Below, in pieces: positions 13,060-26,500 of a stretch of 64,000 nt of DNA. The notes beneath the pieces were generated by a model that worked only from the letters and a program-made list of their open reading frames with translations, ran no database searches and was not told the DNA's origin. Position 1 is the stretch's first letter; every line of letters starts with the position of its first letter. A program made the translations under genes and the position numbers. The stretch lies in contig JALDZS010000035.1 of NCBI GenBank assembly GCA_022813965.1, forward strand, positions 62,001-126,000, read 5' to 3'. The stretch comes from Toensbergia leucococca (Eukaryota).

Positions 13060-13371
13060 TCAGAGAGAAAGGAAATTAAACGGGAAAAGTCTTACGCTGG
13101 GTCCCTTGACTTCGAAGTCCTGACATTGTTGTACCCTCGTCATGAGAGCTGGTCCACAAAATGGACCGAACAGCGTGAGATACCATGTCAGCGGAAGCTG
13201 TAACCTCAGCACCATTCCGTTTCCAAGGAATAACAATGCAGCTTGTTCTATCGCGGCGTGATCGGACACATCATGCATGAGAGTCTCTCTGATCCATTGT
13301 GGACGCACAAGTAGGCCATCATCTGAGCTTGGAAAGGTTGCTATGATATTTGAGACCATGTGGTTTGCCAT
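13060..13371 (-). CDS. Hypothetical protein or gene relic
   Basis: ATG-initiated 103-aa ORF with protein-like composition and no recognisable motif. Confidence 0.25.
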   Translation of the reverse strand: MANHMVSNIIATFPSSDDGLLVRPQWIRETLMHDVSDHAAIEQAALLFLGNGMVLRLQLPLTWYLTLFGPFCGPALMTRVQQCQDFEVKGPSVRLFPFNFLSL

Positions 13372-14524
13372 CTAATGTGAAGATTGTAGAGTGATCAAGT
13401 GAGATTTGAGATTAGGATTAAGGAGAAGATGATCTTTTGTATGAGGAAGGAAACAACGATTTGTTAAGAAGCTTATGAGAGGATTAAACGGCGTTTGGGT
13501 GGTTGGGGAAGAGGGTGGAATTCCTAAGAGAAGATGATGATTTATGCTTTCTTGGCTGAATAATCTTGGTGAACCCCTCCAAAGCCGATTGAATCCTCGA
13601 TTCGAGAAAACCTAGACAAGACGTACAAGACTTGATTGAGCGATGAAGATATAATGAATGTGGTCCTTGAGGCTACTAACAGATGCCTGATGAAACCAAC
13701 GAATTCAGGTAGATCATTATTTCATTGCTTTGCAAAAAAGAAGGTGAGGAGGACAAAGGACTATGAAGAGCAAGATATACGAAAAATGATCAAATCAACG
13801 ATTATCAAGCGTCAATAAATGAGTGTGAATGTACAATCCTATATATACTTTGAGGTCTATTGGCATGAACACATTTAATCCCCAAGCGTTGAGCTCCAGT
13901 GTAGATCAGCCAATCTTAAATGACTTTTTAACTGCAACTTGTGTTAGAAGATTGGCTCCAAGGGGGATGACATCTCTCCTGTTGTAAAGGGAATGCACAA
14001 ACAACCAGAGCTATATTAGAGTAAAGAATGCAGATATTTGTAATCGCAACAAATAGTGGGTCTAGGGACCTTGCTTGCTTGATAGGTAGAATGCGGTAGT
14101 GAGGCTGGCGGCCAGATTCTATGCATCGCTCGTTGCAGCTATCTTTGATTGATGAGGAAGCTGAAATAGATTACTGTCTCATAGGCAGACAGCGAATCAC
14201 AGATAACGTCCGAGTACCAAGAAAAAGGAGCTGAGCTGAGCTGCATAATTTAATAATAAAAAGTTCAATTGTCGTCCACGAAGCTCTAGTGTGCAGGATA
14301 TTGAATCATGAATGATGAATGTCTGAAAGATGGAGGAAGGAGAAGGGAGGAAGGTGGCACGATAGCAAGCGGGAATCTCGGCCATCGCAATTACTAAAAT
14401 CCGTGAGATTGAGATTTTGGCCAAAACCGGCCCGTTCTCCTTAATGCCGACGACTTTCGTTCACCCACGAACCTCTCTATTTTCTGTACTGAACAATCAT
14501 CAGCTCACCATTGACTTGAGAACC

Positions 14525-15263
14525 ATGGACTTTGCCCCTTACCAAGACACTTCCCCTGAGACTGTTAGAGCACTCTCCCCGCCTCCTCGCCGCTCATCCT
14601 CTCGCTCTCCCAATCCTACATCTCCCTCTCCCAACAGACTACCTACCAACCCCTTCCTTGAGTCCGCCCTCCCACCTCCGAGTCACTTCAGCAACGATGG
14701 CCTTAGTAACGGAGGTGGAAGAGGGGGAGATATTGAGGGCGAGAGGCTGATGAACGTAAATCTATTCGAGACGAGCCTGCCCCTGCGAATGGATTACGAG
14801 GCCATGTTGGCCTACTTGCTGCTGCCCCCAGCTGGAGGGGTGTTTCTGTTGGTGGTAGAACACAAAAGTGACTATGTTCGGTATGTGTGTTGATAGTCTA
14901 GGTAAGAGGATATTGCAATTGGGCACGTGAGCTGATGATAGGGGTATAGGTTCCATGCTTGGCAGTCGAGTTTGCTATTCGCAGCGCTCTTCGTCAGTAT
15001 ATTGTGTCAAAGCTGTTGGCCATGAGGCTGACAGGCCAATAGGTTGTACACCTCATCTTTGCTTGGTCTAAGATACTCTCCTGGATGCTGTTCGTTGTCG
15101 ACCTATGCCTCATAGCTTTCTTGACGATGCGTGCTCATCGTGACGGTATGATCCTTATTGGTGTGTCTATTTTCCTACTGACCCTGTGTTAGCGGACACT
15201 TTAGATCGCTTTGAAGTACCCTTCTTCGGTGGGTTAGCTAGTTCTTTTGTAGATGAAGAGTAA
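14525..15263 (+). CDS. UPF0132-type small membrane protein; exons 14525-14880, 14950-14992, 15043-15145, 15193-15263
   Basis: MDFAPYQD...FETSLPLRMDYEAMLAYLLLPPAGGVFLLVVEHKSDYVRFHAWQSSLLF...DADTLDRFEVPFFGGLASSFVDEE; three canonical introns. Confidence 0.85.
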
Positions 15264-15805
15264 AATTTCTTCGTCGTTTTCTTCTACAGTCTTCATGCTC
15301 TGCCTTGTTTGCCTCTCTCCTTTTGCTCAGATACCAAAATAGTATTCCTGTTTTCAACTGCTCCTCATGCTCCTATCAGGTTTGCACGGCGCTGTATTTG
15401 ATGTATTTGATGTATATGATTCTCGTATTCGTCCCTGTAAAACACGTCTTTGGGCTGTAGGGTTTCCGTCTGCGAGAATAAATACCACGGAGGCTCAGTC
15501 GTTCAGTCGAAAGTACCATCCGTGCAACTCATAACGCGGTTCCTTGGTCGTGATACCTGAAAGAACAAGCCCAGCAAAGTCTGGGGAAATATCGTTGGTA
15601 CTTGACAGAGAGTAATGTAAGAAAAGTCCGTTGTGCTCTAGCGAATTTCCACTAGGGCTTCAAAGCTCTCGGAGTCCACTTACTCTCGCACTTCGACACC
15701 CACAACATCTTTTCCGTCAACCACCACGTCCAAACATCTCGATTATTTTACTATTCCTACCAGCCTTCAAAAGCACCTACACTAGCAAGAAGACTCTTCA
15801 ACCCA

Positions 15806-16216
15806 ATGTGTCACCTCTCGGTAGCAGAGCATTCTGAATGCGGTCATCAGACCGCCTACCTCCTCATGTCTTGCAGAAAACCCAAGTTCACCCACCGCAA
15901 TTGTCACGACGACTACTGCAATAGCGCTACGTTTCGGCTTCACGCCCCTGAGGGGCTGGAGTCTGATTTCATCTGCATATTCTGCGAGGAAGACGAGGCA
16001 GCGGGTCAGATTGTCGACAGCGGGATGGTGGAGCAGGAGATGAGCGGAGAGACTTTTGGAGGAAATGTAGGGTTATGGGATGGCACTGGCCGTACCATTG
16101 TTAGCGAGCGAGGGAGCGGAAATGTCGACGCGAACGGTCTCTGGGCTAAGGCGAAACTCGAGGGCGAGGGAGGCGAGAATGCGGCCGGGGGTGCTGCCAG
16201 CGATGCGCACACTTGA
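15806..16216 (+). CDS. Small Cys/His-rich protein (MC-x9-CGH...CxxC), putative zinc binder
   Basis: Good start context (cccaATG) and a Cys pattern typical of small ascomycete orphans. Confidence 0.6.
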   Translation: MCHLSVAEHSECGHQTAYLLMSCRKPKFTHRNCHDDYCNSATFRLHAPEGLESDFICIFCEEDEAAGQIVDSGMVEQEMSGETFGGNVGLWDGTGRTIVSERGSGNVDANGLWAKAKLEGEGGENAAGGAASDAHT

Positions 16217-16533
16217 ATCGGGGGGAGATGTGGTGGAATGCTTGCGAAAGGAGCTTGAGGCGAGAGTGTGATTGGAGAGGTCTTGGGACTGATGACGGTG
16301 TTCTTTTCTCTGTCAAGGAGAAGATGGATTGTTTGTATGCACACGGTTTTCATTGTGTACTGGGAGTGCTCTCAAGTGGACAGGACGTCAGGCAATCGAA
16401 GGGGCTGGCGCAATGAGTGCAGTGGAGCGACTAGACACGCATAGGGGCATGCAATCTGTACACGGCAGCAATCAAAAAAAGGCGAACTTTTGTTCCACAC
16501 TACCCATATACCTACTCACACAAGCCCACACAA

Positions 16534-17712
16534 TCAAACACTCCCATTCCCATTCGCATGCAGCAACCCCTTCTCCAACACCACAAACTCCCTCGCCATA
16601 TCCCCCACCGTCTCCTCCAACCCCCGAAACTCCATCCCCAGCACCTCCCTCGCCCGGGAATTATCAACCCCATACACCTCCTTCCCCAACCCGCTCCCCG
16701 GCACCCCCTCCGGCACCCTCTCCCTCACCTCGGGCACCTGCTCCCGAATCACATCGCAGCACATCTGATAGCTATAACTCCCACTCGCCACCAAAAACCT
16801 CTGCCCCGCCGCGTCACGCTTCTCGTACGCCAGCCGATGCGCAGTCGCCACGTCGCGCACGTCCACAAAGGCCCAGAGGCTGTTGCTCGGCACGCCCGAG
16901 GCCACGCAGCTGCCGTTCATGAGCCGATAAATGTCAGCGGAGCTGGTATTCAGCTCGTCCAGGGAAGCGATTGCGTGGGCCGCGGGGCCGTAGACCATGG
17001 GCGGGCAGATTGTGGCGATGGAGAAATGGGGCTGGTGTTCGTCGACGTAGGCGAAGGCGGCTTTTTCGGCGTAGGTTTTGCTGGCGAGGTAGGCGAGGCG
17101 GGGGTCTGCTTTTTTGGCCTTTTCCAGCGGCAAGGGGTTCCAGTCGCGTTCGGTGTAGGTGTGGCCTGGCCAGTGGGCTTTTGTGGGGTCGAGGATTGCG
17201 GCTATGGAGGAGGTTAGGACGACGCGCTTTACGCCGGGGTTGTGGGTTTGGATGGCGGTGAGGAGGGAGGTGGTGCCGTTTATGGCTGGGTTGAGGAGGT
17301 CGCGTTCGTTGTTGGTTACGGTGTAAGTGAAGGGGGAGGCGGTGTGGATGACCTGGGATTTGGGGGAGGAAGGGACGTTAGTTTGTGCTGTTTTTTCTTT
17401 CTTTTTTTCCCCCCTTTCTTCTTGGGGTATAGGGGAGTAGGATTGGAAAGAGGGGGTTATAAAAAAACATACACCATCGACGCCTTTCACGGCGTCGTCG
17501 AAGCCGTCTGGGGCGGCGATGTCGGGGACTATAGCAAAGGAGAGCTTGTCGCCGTGGCGGGCGTGGGTTTTGCGGACTTTATCGGCCGTGGCTTCGCTGC
17601 GGACGGTGCCGCGGACGAGGTAGCCTTGGTCGAGGAATTCGTTGAGGATGTGTGCTGCGATGAAGCCCGAGGCGCCGGTTATGAGGATTGTGGGGGTCGC
17701 GTTGGAACCCAT
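16534..17712 (-). CDS. NADPH-dependent aldehyde/methylglyoxal reductase (GRE2-like extended SDR); exons 17712-17473, 17352-16534
   Basis: TGASGFIA Rossmann motif, VIHTASP, YLASK catalytic YxxxK and FVDVRDVA; 120-nt in-frame intron GTATGT..ACTAAC..CAG. Confidence 0.92.
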   Translation of the reverse strand: MGSNATPTILITGASGFIAAHILNEFLDQGYLVRGTVRSEATADKVRKTHARHGDKLSFAIVPDIAAPDGFDDAVKGVDGVCFFITPSFQSYSPIPQEERGEKKKEKTAQTNVPSSPKSQVIHTASPFTYTVTNNERDLLNPAINGTTSLLTAIQTHNPGVKRVVLTSSIAAILDPTKAHWPGHTYTERDWNPLPLEKAKKADPRLAYLASKTYAEKAAFAYVDEHQPHFSIATICPPMVYGPAAHAIASLDELNTSSADIYRLMNGSCVASGVPSNSLWAFVDVRDVATAHRLAYEKRDAAGQRFLVASGSYSYQMCCDVIREQVPEVRERVPEGVPGSGLGKEVYGVDNSRAREVLGMEFRGLEETVGDMAREFVVLEKGLLHANGNGSV

Positions 17713-18899
17713 GATTTTTTTAATTTTTGAATTTTTATTTTTGGTTGAAATATTGGGTTGTGAGGTGGGAAGAGCTTGGGTTAGATTTGAGGGTTGCGAA
17801 TGGGAATTGGAATTGGAATTGAGATGAAAGGACTAGTACGTGGGAAAATATTGGACATGAAAAGACTTGAGATGGATGTGCTTCTTTTTATAAAAGAAGC
17901 TGAGACAGAAAATGGTAGGAGAATCTCAAGTCAACTATTATCGGGCTGTTGATCTTGCATAGGTACCATGATGAAAGCTTGGCTGAGCCAATCGTCTTTT
18001 CAGGCGAAGGAGCGAGCTTAGCATCGAGACAGTGTGTTCATTGGTTACATGAGGGACTGGAACTGAATGATGTTGCGTCGGCCCAATCCAGATGGATAGG
18101 GTAGTTGGGAGATGAAGGAGCTGTGTGGTAGCGGTCTTATGGTTTGGGGGGTTAGGGTTACATCCTGTCATCCTATGTCATAACCCCCTCGTTGGGCACA
18201 TTGAAATGGGCGCAGGTATGAAGTAAGTTTCATTCCGCTGAGAAGTAGTTTTATGGGTCAGAGTTGAGAGTTGGGGGCGGGTGAAAGGATGCAGGATTGA
18301 GTGCGTATCAAAAGTTGAGAACTGAAGTCAGACTGCTCGACTAGGATGTCGTCGGTGCTAAACTGCAGACCTTCTATAATCCAGTGATTCTTCATTACCA
18401 ATAATTGTAACCTTAGCGAGAGAATAGCAGTCCGCCATTTAACTGTCTGTCTCTTTGCTTCTATTTCAGAAAAAGATCTGTATATATTCGCCAAGTACCC
18501 ATGTTTGACCCATGGCATCAACAATTCTCGACGGCGGTACAAACCCCCACTTGATACAAAAAGAGCTGTTTTCTAAACTGAATATGTACGTGGAAAGGCC
18601 TGTCAACTCCATCATCGACGTGGATCAAATAATGTCGTCTTATAGATACTCGCCCCAAGCATTGAGGACCTTCTTGAGCATGGCCTTCACTTGCGGGTCG
18701 AGAAAAGCGGCATACCCGCTTGCTGTTGCCATGACCTGGTGTCGACTTAGTAGAAAGGCGATTTCCTATCTTCATTCAGCAATGAGTACCCATGCATGCA
18801 CGAACGGCTCGGACCACGACTTAAGACGTAGAGACGGGAGAAGATAGAATTTGTTCGGTAATAGAACCTCAAATCTCAACATTGGCATCAAGGCTTCTT

Positions 18900-20200
18900 T
18901 CTACCTTGGCACAGAAGAAACACATCAACTATACTAATGTTCCAGATCGACTCTATACCGAACACACTCTCTTGCCAAACCCCTTTTTTCCACCATCTCC
19001 CCACCAAGCCACACCCTCTTCAACAACCGCCTCTCCCAGACATCTAGACACAAAAGGTCATCTCCAACGCCCACAAAACCCCCCTTCCCCCGGTCAGCAA
19101 GGTCCTATTAGCTAAACTCAACGCCCCAAATCCCCGGCTCAAAAAAAACCACCACAAGCCATCCCTTCACTCTTCTGAAAATCCCCCTATCCCTTCTCAG
19201 CTGAAACCGCACACTACTCCAACAACAGAGGCCACCCAAAACCAAACCACCAGAAAAAAACCTCCACTAATTCTAAAAAAAAAAAAAAAAAAAAAAGAAA
19301 CAACCCCTTCTCTCAACTCACCCCCACCCCCTCTTTCCCTCCCTGAAACAAAAACCCCCAACCAAAGAACCAAACAAAGAAAATCCCACCCCCACCCTCT
19401 CCATTGCCAGCCAAGCTCACCCCTTCTGCCCCCCTCCTCCCCAACCCCACACACATTCTTTACAAAAAAAATCCTCTCAAAAGTCTCACAATTCAAGAAG
19501 GCAAAAAAAAAGACTTCTCATCTTCTCCCCCTCCGCCCCCCCCCCAAAAAAGACCTTTGAACCTCATAGGTCCATGTATGTTTCCACGCAGCGTGATCAA
19601 TAGCGATCGGGAGAAGAGAAGAGAAGAGAAGAAGAGGGTTGGCTGTATATCCCACGTCCCCCCTTACTCCATCCCTACGTCCCTCTTCCTCTTGCTCCAT
19701 CCCATCCTCATCATAAACATCACCATCAGCCGCCAAACCCTCCTTTCTCCTCTCTCCATCCTTCTCATTCCAATCACTCCATTCGCAAACATCCAAAATA
19801 AAATCCATGATTTACAACTTATGAAAAGGCTAGTATCTTATTAACACCAACTCACACGGGGTATACGTCTTACAAGGGATGGGAGCATCAAAGTGTCCTC
19901 AGCAAAAGCCAAGACATCCTCGATTAGAAAGGGGAAACAAAAATCATCAAGTCACACAGCAACAAAGCACATTAAATTCCCTCAAGCGGTAGCAAAAAAA
20001 ATTAATCTATTCCAGCCATCATGTAAAAAAACCCCATGTATCGTAGATACATATCCTACAAACCGCCTCCCGCCCCTTCCTCCCCCCCTTCCCCTCCCCC
20101 CACTTCCTCGCTTGCCAACCATCAATCCAGCGCTCAGCAAGCCAAGCTTCAAGCAAAAAGAAGGAAGAAAGAAAGAACAAGGAGAAAAATGTAGGTATGA
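18900..20200. repeat. Low-complexity intergenic tract with poly-A and poly-C runs
   Basis: Long A run near 19275-19296, many C and A runs, and GAGAA repeats near 19610-19635. Confidence 0.7.
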
Positions 20201-20552
20201 TACAATAAAAGTCCAGCCTGCAAGTCCCCCACTCCAACCGGAACCGAACCGATTGATCGCACGTACGCCCCGGGCTTTTTTGTCTAGGAAAAGAGGCTAT
20301 TATTCCATTCGTCGTGAGGATTATGAGCAAGGAGTTGAGGGGTAGCAAGTATTGATGCGTGTAGGCGAATAGGAAGGATGGGGTTCGAGTTATCTCGGTG
20401 AGTGCAGTCGTAGAGGTCGGAAATGATGGATTGTGCAGGTTGGATTACTGAGTCGTGTGCCCTTTATGCCCTGAAAATTGTGTTTACGCCATTGTGAGAG
20501 TCTCATCTCGTGTCTTCCGAAATCGTGACCCTGGTCTGCCCACAAAATGAGC

Positions 20553-23500
20553 TTAAGCCAAAGCCCTAGGGCTTTGGTTGATGTGTTGGAATAGCGCGCC
20601 GAACAACCTCTCGATCTGGATAAAAGGAACAGTCAGCATGATAAATATGTAATATATTTTATATATGTCAACGAAGGGAATCGCAGAGATCGAGAATGAA
20701 CAGTCGTACTTCCGGCGCGGCCTTGATGAACGGCAATTCCCAGAACATGTAAGCCGGATTCTTCAGCAATTCCAAAAGTGTGATTATCAAGCCCCAAGGA
20801 TGAGGCCTATGGACAATCAGACGCTCCAACAAAACGCGTGTGATTTGTTGGCGGACATCTGATTCCTGCTGATCTGCTAGGTCGGTACCGAAGAGGTGAA
20901 GGAGAGCATAACTAAAATAGTGAGTGTGGCTGTTAGGGTAGCGAAGCTGGTTGGCAATTGCACTGAGGAAGTAGTAGCGCGCTTCAGGCTGTAGCTCTTT
21001 AGCTAATTTGCTCAGAAGAGAAGCTTGCCGCGAGCTGTTAGTGAAGGATGGACCGGCTCCATGGCCCACCGTGGACATGGCGCTTTCACCAATGTACAGC
21101 ACGAGAGCGTGAAGGAGCGGTGAATCCACGTTAGCTGTCGTATGCGAGCTGCCGAGCTTTTTAGGTGCGGAAATGTAAGTGGCATCGGCTATCTGAATGA
21201 TGCTTTCGTCCGAAATGTCAATGCTTCTCAAAGCCTGGTCAACAAGATTTTTGATATTGCCCCTGAGTAAAGGAGCAACAATGTCTCCAGCAATCCTTGG
21301 CGCTTTCCTGATCTCTTCAAGACGATCCACCTTCAAGCCTGCAGTGAACGGATCCGGGAGCTCAGGGAATGAGGACGGGTAGGCACTGAGCACCAAGTTT
21401 CGAAATTGAGTGCAGTGTGCCGGGATGATATTACAGAAGCGGTAATGATTCTCGGCTAGAAATTCGGGGAAGTCGTGGTGGAGGATCAGTAACACTCGCA
21501 AAGCTCCCCGATAAAGATCCTTAGCTATTATCGAGGTGACGGCCGGCTTTAGTAGTTCACTAGCATATGAAAGCATCGCTTCCATGATTTTAGCAAAAGG
21601 TTCCCATCCCTAGGAATGATTAGCAAAAGACTTTTTTTGTAGGATCCCGATACTCACTGCTTCATCGGATATCTTTAGCAACGCAGGCATGAAGATCCGA
21701 TGGGATACCAAAGTCAGCCATCCGTAGGTGAACCCTGGGAAGTATTGCGGTCCAATTATCAGAAAGCTGTCTGCAAATGCAAGTATAATCTCTCGGTCTG
21801 TGCCATTTCCCTCGCGACCAAAGTCGTGCCAATCGCACAGAATGCTTGAGAAAAGCCTGAAGAACACTCGCTGACTGAAAAGCTCTCCTCGCATGACATG
21901 GTGATTGTTGAGTATCAAGGTGATGAGCGACAACATCGAGTTCATGTAGGCACACTTGCTGATTTTGACAGCGCCCTCAGACTCGCCCTGGTTCTTGACT
22001 AGAAGGACAATCAGCTTGGCTAGACAGTCGATATTAAAGTAACCGTCAGTGGCAGCCCCATTCGGATTAAGGTCTTCTCGCTCGAAAGCATCTACAGAAT
22101 CATCGATAGATAAGCGGAAGAATAGCGCCATATCCTCGGAGGAGTTTAGTAGCTGTCTCTGATGTAATTGTGATATAAAGACTGTGAAAGTCTTCTCGGC
22201 TGGGTTGGGCTGACTGCAGATGCTAATCCATTCAGTGAAGATGTATTGCATCTGTCGCTGCCTAAAGAAGGATCGTTCATCAGGTTCTGTCTCGATCACC
22301 TCGGGGACTCCGTATTCTTTCAATCGTTGCACCAAATCCTTTGCTGTCCACAAGGTCGGTTCATCAGCAAGCCACAGTCCCATCGCTCCAAGGCTGCTTG
22401 CAAAGTCGGCACGTAAGGCTTTCGGATGACTATCGAGTACGAGAATGTTCATGATATCGGACAGAAATTCAAGAGCATGCATTTCGCGTTCCCGGAGCGC
22501 TTTAGCTACCGTCATGTCTACCTGCTCAAGCTCCATTAAGCCTGCGTCGAGAAGTGAGACTGTCACTGGCACATGGAAAACCTTATCATCCATCTGATTT
22601 CCGAACCACACGATAACGTCTTTGTTGGTGTTTAATGAAATTTGGCACAATTTTTGCAAGATTTGGACCAAGACTTCTACTTCCAAAGAATTGGCCGACG
22701 TCTCGTACAAAGCCGAACAGATTTGGTCGGCAGCTGCTAATGCGACTTGATCTAGATTTGGGGATGAGGACATGACTAGATGCAGGATCGAGTTTGTGAG
22801 ATTCATGATTGGGCTTTCACGTCCCAGGTCTTTAAAGTGCTGCTCTGGTGTCTCTTTACTCAAACGGCCGATCTCGATCCTGAGGTCCTGAATTCGCTCT
22901 TGTATGGCTCTGAGGTCCATGTATCCATTGACTTGTGGTTGAGGTGCTGCGGTCGATATCGGCGGCGGTAGCATCCGTCCCCCTTGTTGCTGTTGTTGAG
23001 GTGGTTGATGAGGGATCGCCGGGGGTTCGGCTGGAGTAGGAAGGCTAGGCACAGAGGCAAAGGCCTCTTGCAGAATGTCAGGCAACTGTCGCCCACTGTC
23101 TGTTGAGGATGTTTGTACATGGTTGGCAGGTCCCCGAGTTTGGCGAGCAAACTCCAGGTAAATTGCCATTTGCTCCTCGTTCAAGCCTTCTGAGCTGATC
23201 TTAAAGGGATCGGGAATGCACCCCGCCCATCGGTTGTATGACGGATCTATGTAAGGTTCGCTGGGATGCTCGGCTCTATGTTGTCGTCGCAGAGCTATTT
23301 CGTTCTCGATGTGTGTTTCGATTTCTGGCATCGAGCGCTCCTCGGCTTGCTGCTCCACAATATTACATGCAGTATCAAGATTATCGTTCACGCACATTAA
23401 AATGGCGCCTTCAGGAAAAGCTTGGTCTAGCATGTCATTCTGCGCAGCGCGTATGTAGTTACTCATACTCATCCGCAGAGGTTCCTTGCAGGTGACCAGA

Positions 23501-26500
23501 GCCAGACTCCCAGACAATGCCCTAACCATTTTCTGTGCAGACTGTCGAACACGGGATTCGTCAAGTTCACGGGCAAAATCCTTATGGATTAGGTTGGTAG
23601 TCGCAATTGTCGCGATTGTAACTGACCGTTCGACTACAGGAGCGATTATCTCCAGGATAGCGCGGTGAACGGCATTCAGCACGACTTGTCTTAGACGAGC
23701 TTGATTGATATGATTTCCAGGAGATGGTGGGAAGACAAGGAGGGGTTCCAGATCTGGCAACGAAGCAGCAATCGTGTTTGGAGAAAACCTCGAATTTCGC
23801 GGGCCTCGGTTGATACCGCCCAGAGACAAGTCCTCAAATCCATCGACGCCATCTGGCAACATTGGTGCAGCCATTTCATTTGCGTGATCTCGTCGATCTC
23901 TGATATCTTGCGATGGTTCGGTGGTTTTTAAATCAATATTAAGCTCTTGGCAAAGTATCTCGATGTCAAACTTCTGGTTCAATTTGAGTTCAAACTCAGT
24001 ATACAGTTCAAGGAGAGTTCGGATGATCTCCATCAACCATGGATTTGGGGGCTTGAATATGACGGATTTCGTAGCCTGATTCAACACTTTGCAAGTGAAC
24101 GGAATAACGAGGAGAAGCCGTTGCGACTCGTAGCCCTCAATCAAGAGGTCTTTGAACGAGATGTTCTTGTGTTTGATCGGCTTGTCGCGCGCAATCGTTA
24201 AGGAGCCAAGCCAGGTACCTAGGTTTTTCAAGTGTGTTCGCTCCGTAGCCGAATTCAATGTCGACTCTGCATTAAGTAGCTTCTGAACACCCACAAATGT
24301 CTCCCGCAGGACTTCCGCCCAGAGCGTTTTGTTACCCAATAATTGAAGAACATCTAGGTACAGCTGTTGGTAATTTGGCTGTAGCTTGGCGCGCTCCTGG
24401 ACAAGGTAGGAAGCAAACCAGTGATGATGTCTTTCGTCAAGTGCGTCTTGTAGGTCATTGAGCTTGACATCGAGGTTTTGCTCGGAAACGTTGTTGAGTA
24501 CAAACAAGACCTTGTCTTGGGTTTGTTCATCAGGGTCTTCGTACAAGTCCGAAGGAGGACGAGGATCTGCGTGAACTGATTTGAATTGTTGGATATTGGT
24601 TTCTGGTGATAGAAAATCGTCGAGGTCGCCGTTTGTGAGATTCAGCAAACCATTTACACCATTAACCTCCGAATCAAGGGCTCCTTGAGGAGCGTTTTGT
24701 CCAAGAACCTCGACAGCTTTGCCGTAGGCCTCTGTGCCTTGTAAACCAGGAACCTGAACTAGCTGATTGCAATATCCAGGCCATTCTTCCAATCGATTCA
24801 GAAAATGAAGCAGTGCTTGCAGTCCGAATTTGTACATTGATGTTTCTGGGTTGTAGTCGCGCACGGCTTCAAGGACCATACCAAGGCCAACTCGGAGAGT
24901 TAGATCCGAAATCAGACCGCAGCTGATAATCCCACCGAAGAGCACAGCCGTAGTGGCTAAAGGAACCAATGGATATTCATTAAAGCAAACGTATTCGTCG
25001 AAAAGACCGTGAACCATACAGGCAAAAAGGTCCTGCTTGTCTGAATCTAGGGAATTCTTGTACTCTTGTAATGATTCAATGATGTCTCGAACCTCCAAGT
25101 CATTACTGTACATGCGTTTGTAGAGTTCCTGCATCTTCTCATCAGTGCTATCAGATAGGCTGTTAGAGTCGATGCCATTATTCTCGATAATATCGTCGTA
25201 ACCTTCGTCGTAGTTGATAAGTCTTGGAAATGCTTGTATACACTGGCGCTCGAGTGATACAAGCTCCTCAGGCCGATCGGCTGTGTGTTCCTCGAGTATA
25301 TCCAGCATGGTATACACGGTCTTGATCGAAAGGCTTACGGTCCTTGGAGCTGGCTGCTCCTTCCGCACCGTCCGCATTTCATCTTGAGCCTTTATCAACA
25401 AAAATTTTGATAAAGCAACAGCCAGCTCATTCTGGCCCCGAGACATTTTGTCTTGCGCCCATTGGTTGAGATCGAGATATCCCCTACGATGGGCTAGAGC
25501 AGCTAAATCGACCCCAAATCCATTCATCATGGTACATAAATCACCAAGCCATCCATGCTCTTGCGCGTGCTCTAGTAGTACTGGTAATTTGATCGGATCT
25601 TCAAGATGAGTCTCGATAAGTCTTGCCGCAACCCATTGCTTGTCTTGCTTCCACAGGCAGTGAAGTACAAAACTATAATCGGGTTGCTGTTTGACAAGGA
25701 AAGGTGTCAACATCTTTGCCATTATAGATTGTTGATTAGGAGTCCAAGGTTTTGGAACCCCCACGGCTGAACAAAGGAAGAAGCCAATATTCGCTCCAAC
25801 GACCTCTTTTGCAGCATCCGTATCTTCCGGTGACGGTGAGTTATCGGCATTCAAGACAAGATCAAATATGGCCGTAACGGCATCGACCGAAATCATAGCA
25901 TTCCTCCGCGCTTCGTCGATATGTTGCGCTACAGCCTCGGGGCCATCCACGCATTCGTCGGGGTCGTAAGCCTGTCGAAGGCCTGGTATTACGGTAGCAT
26001 CTAGCTCTGATGGTGGTAACGATGTAAAGGCAAGAACGAAAGAAAGCTGAGTTGCTGGATGTCGCCATCTACCACCCCAAAGTGTCTGGATGTCGAATTG
26101 AGGGTCTTGTTGAGCGATTGGGAGCAGTGCATTAAACAATGTCAAGAACTGGTCCTTCGACACTGCTAGACCATGTCGATCAAATCCGCGAACAACTTGC
26201 TGCCATTCAAAGTTCCTCTCAACAGATTCTCGGACTGCTGACACAAATATGAGAGGACGATATAGTTGCCAATCCGGGGTCAGAATCATGAACAACAGAG
26301 CCCCGGCAACCTGCGCTTCATTAATGGTATGACCCCACGCTAGAGTCTCCTTCGCGGCTTCGAGGCTAGCTGTCACCCCAGGTCCGTGGCCTTGTATGTC
26401 CTTTGCTAGCTCATGGCCTGCTCCGAGCAAGTCGACTAGAACTAGGGCTGATCGTATGGCTGGAGGTAGTGGCAAGTTTTGCTTTGAGTAGCGGAGGTTG

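Noticed and set aside
17353..17472. Apparent 40-aa insertion in the GRE2-like ORF (likewise 56933-57010 in the aldolase and 33745-33798 in SurE)
   Set aside because: These are stop-free 3n introns with canonical donor and acceptor sites, not protein insertions.
16329..17730. Long plus-strand ORFs antisense to the reductase (similar ones at 31872-33181 and 54216-55233)
   Set aside because: Shadow ORFs produced by GC-rich codon usage, with low-complexity translations.
18147..18162. GGGTTAGGGTTA telomere-like motif (also ccctaaccct near 11856)
   Set aside because: Only about two units, compatible with chance.
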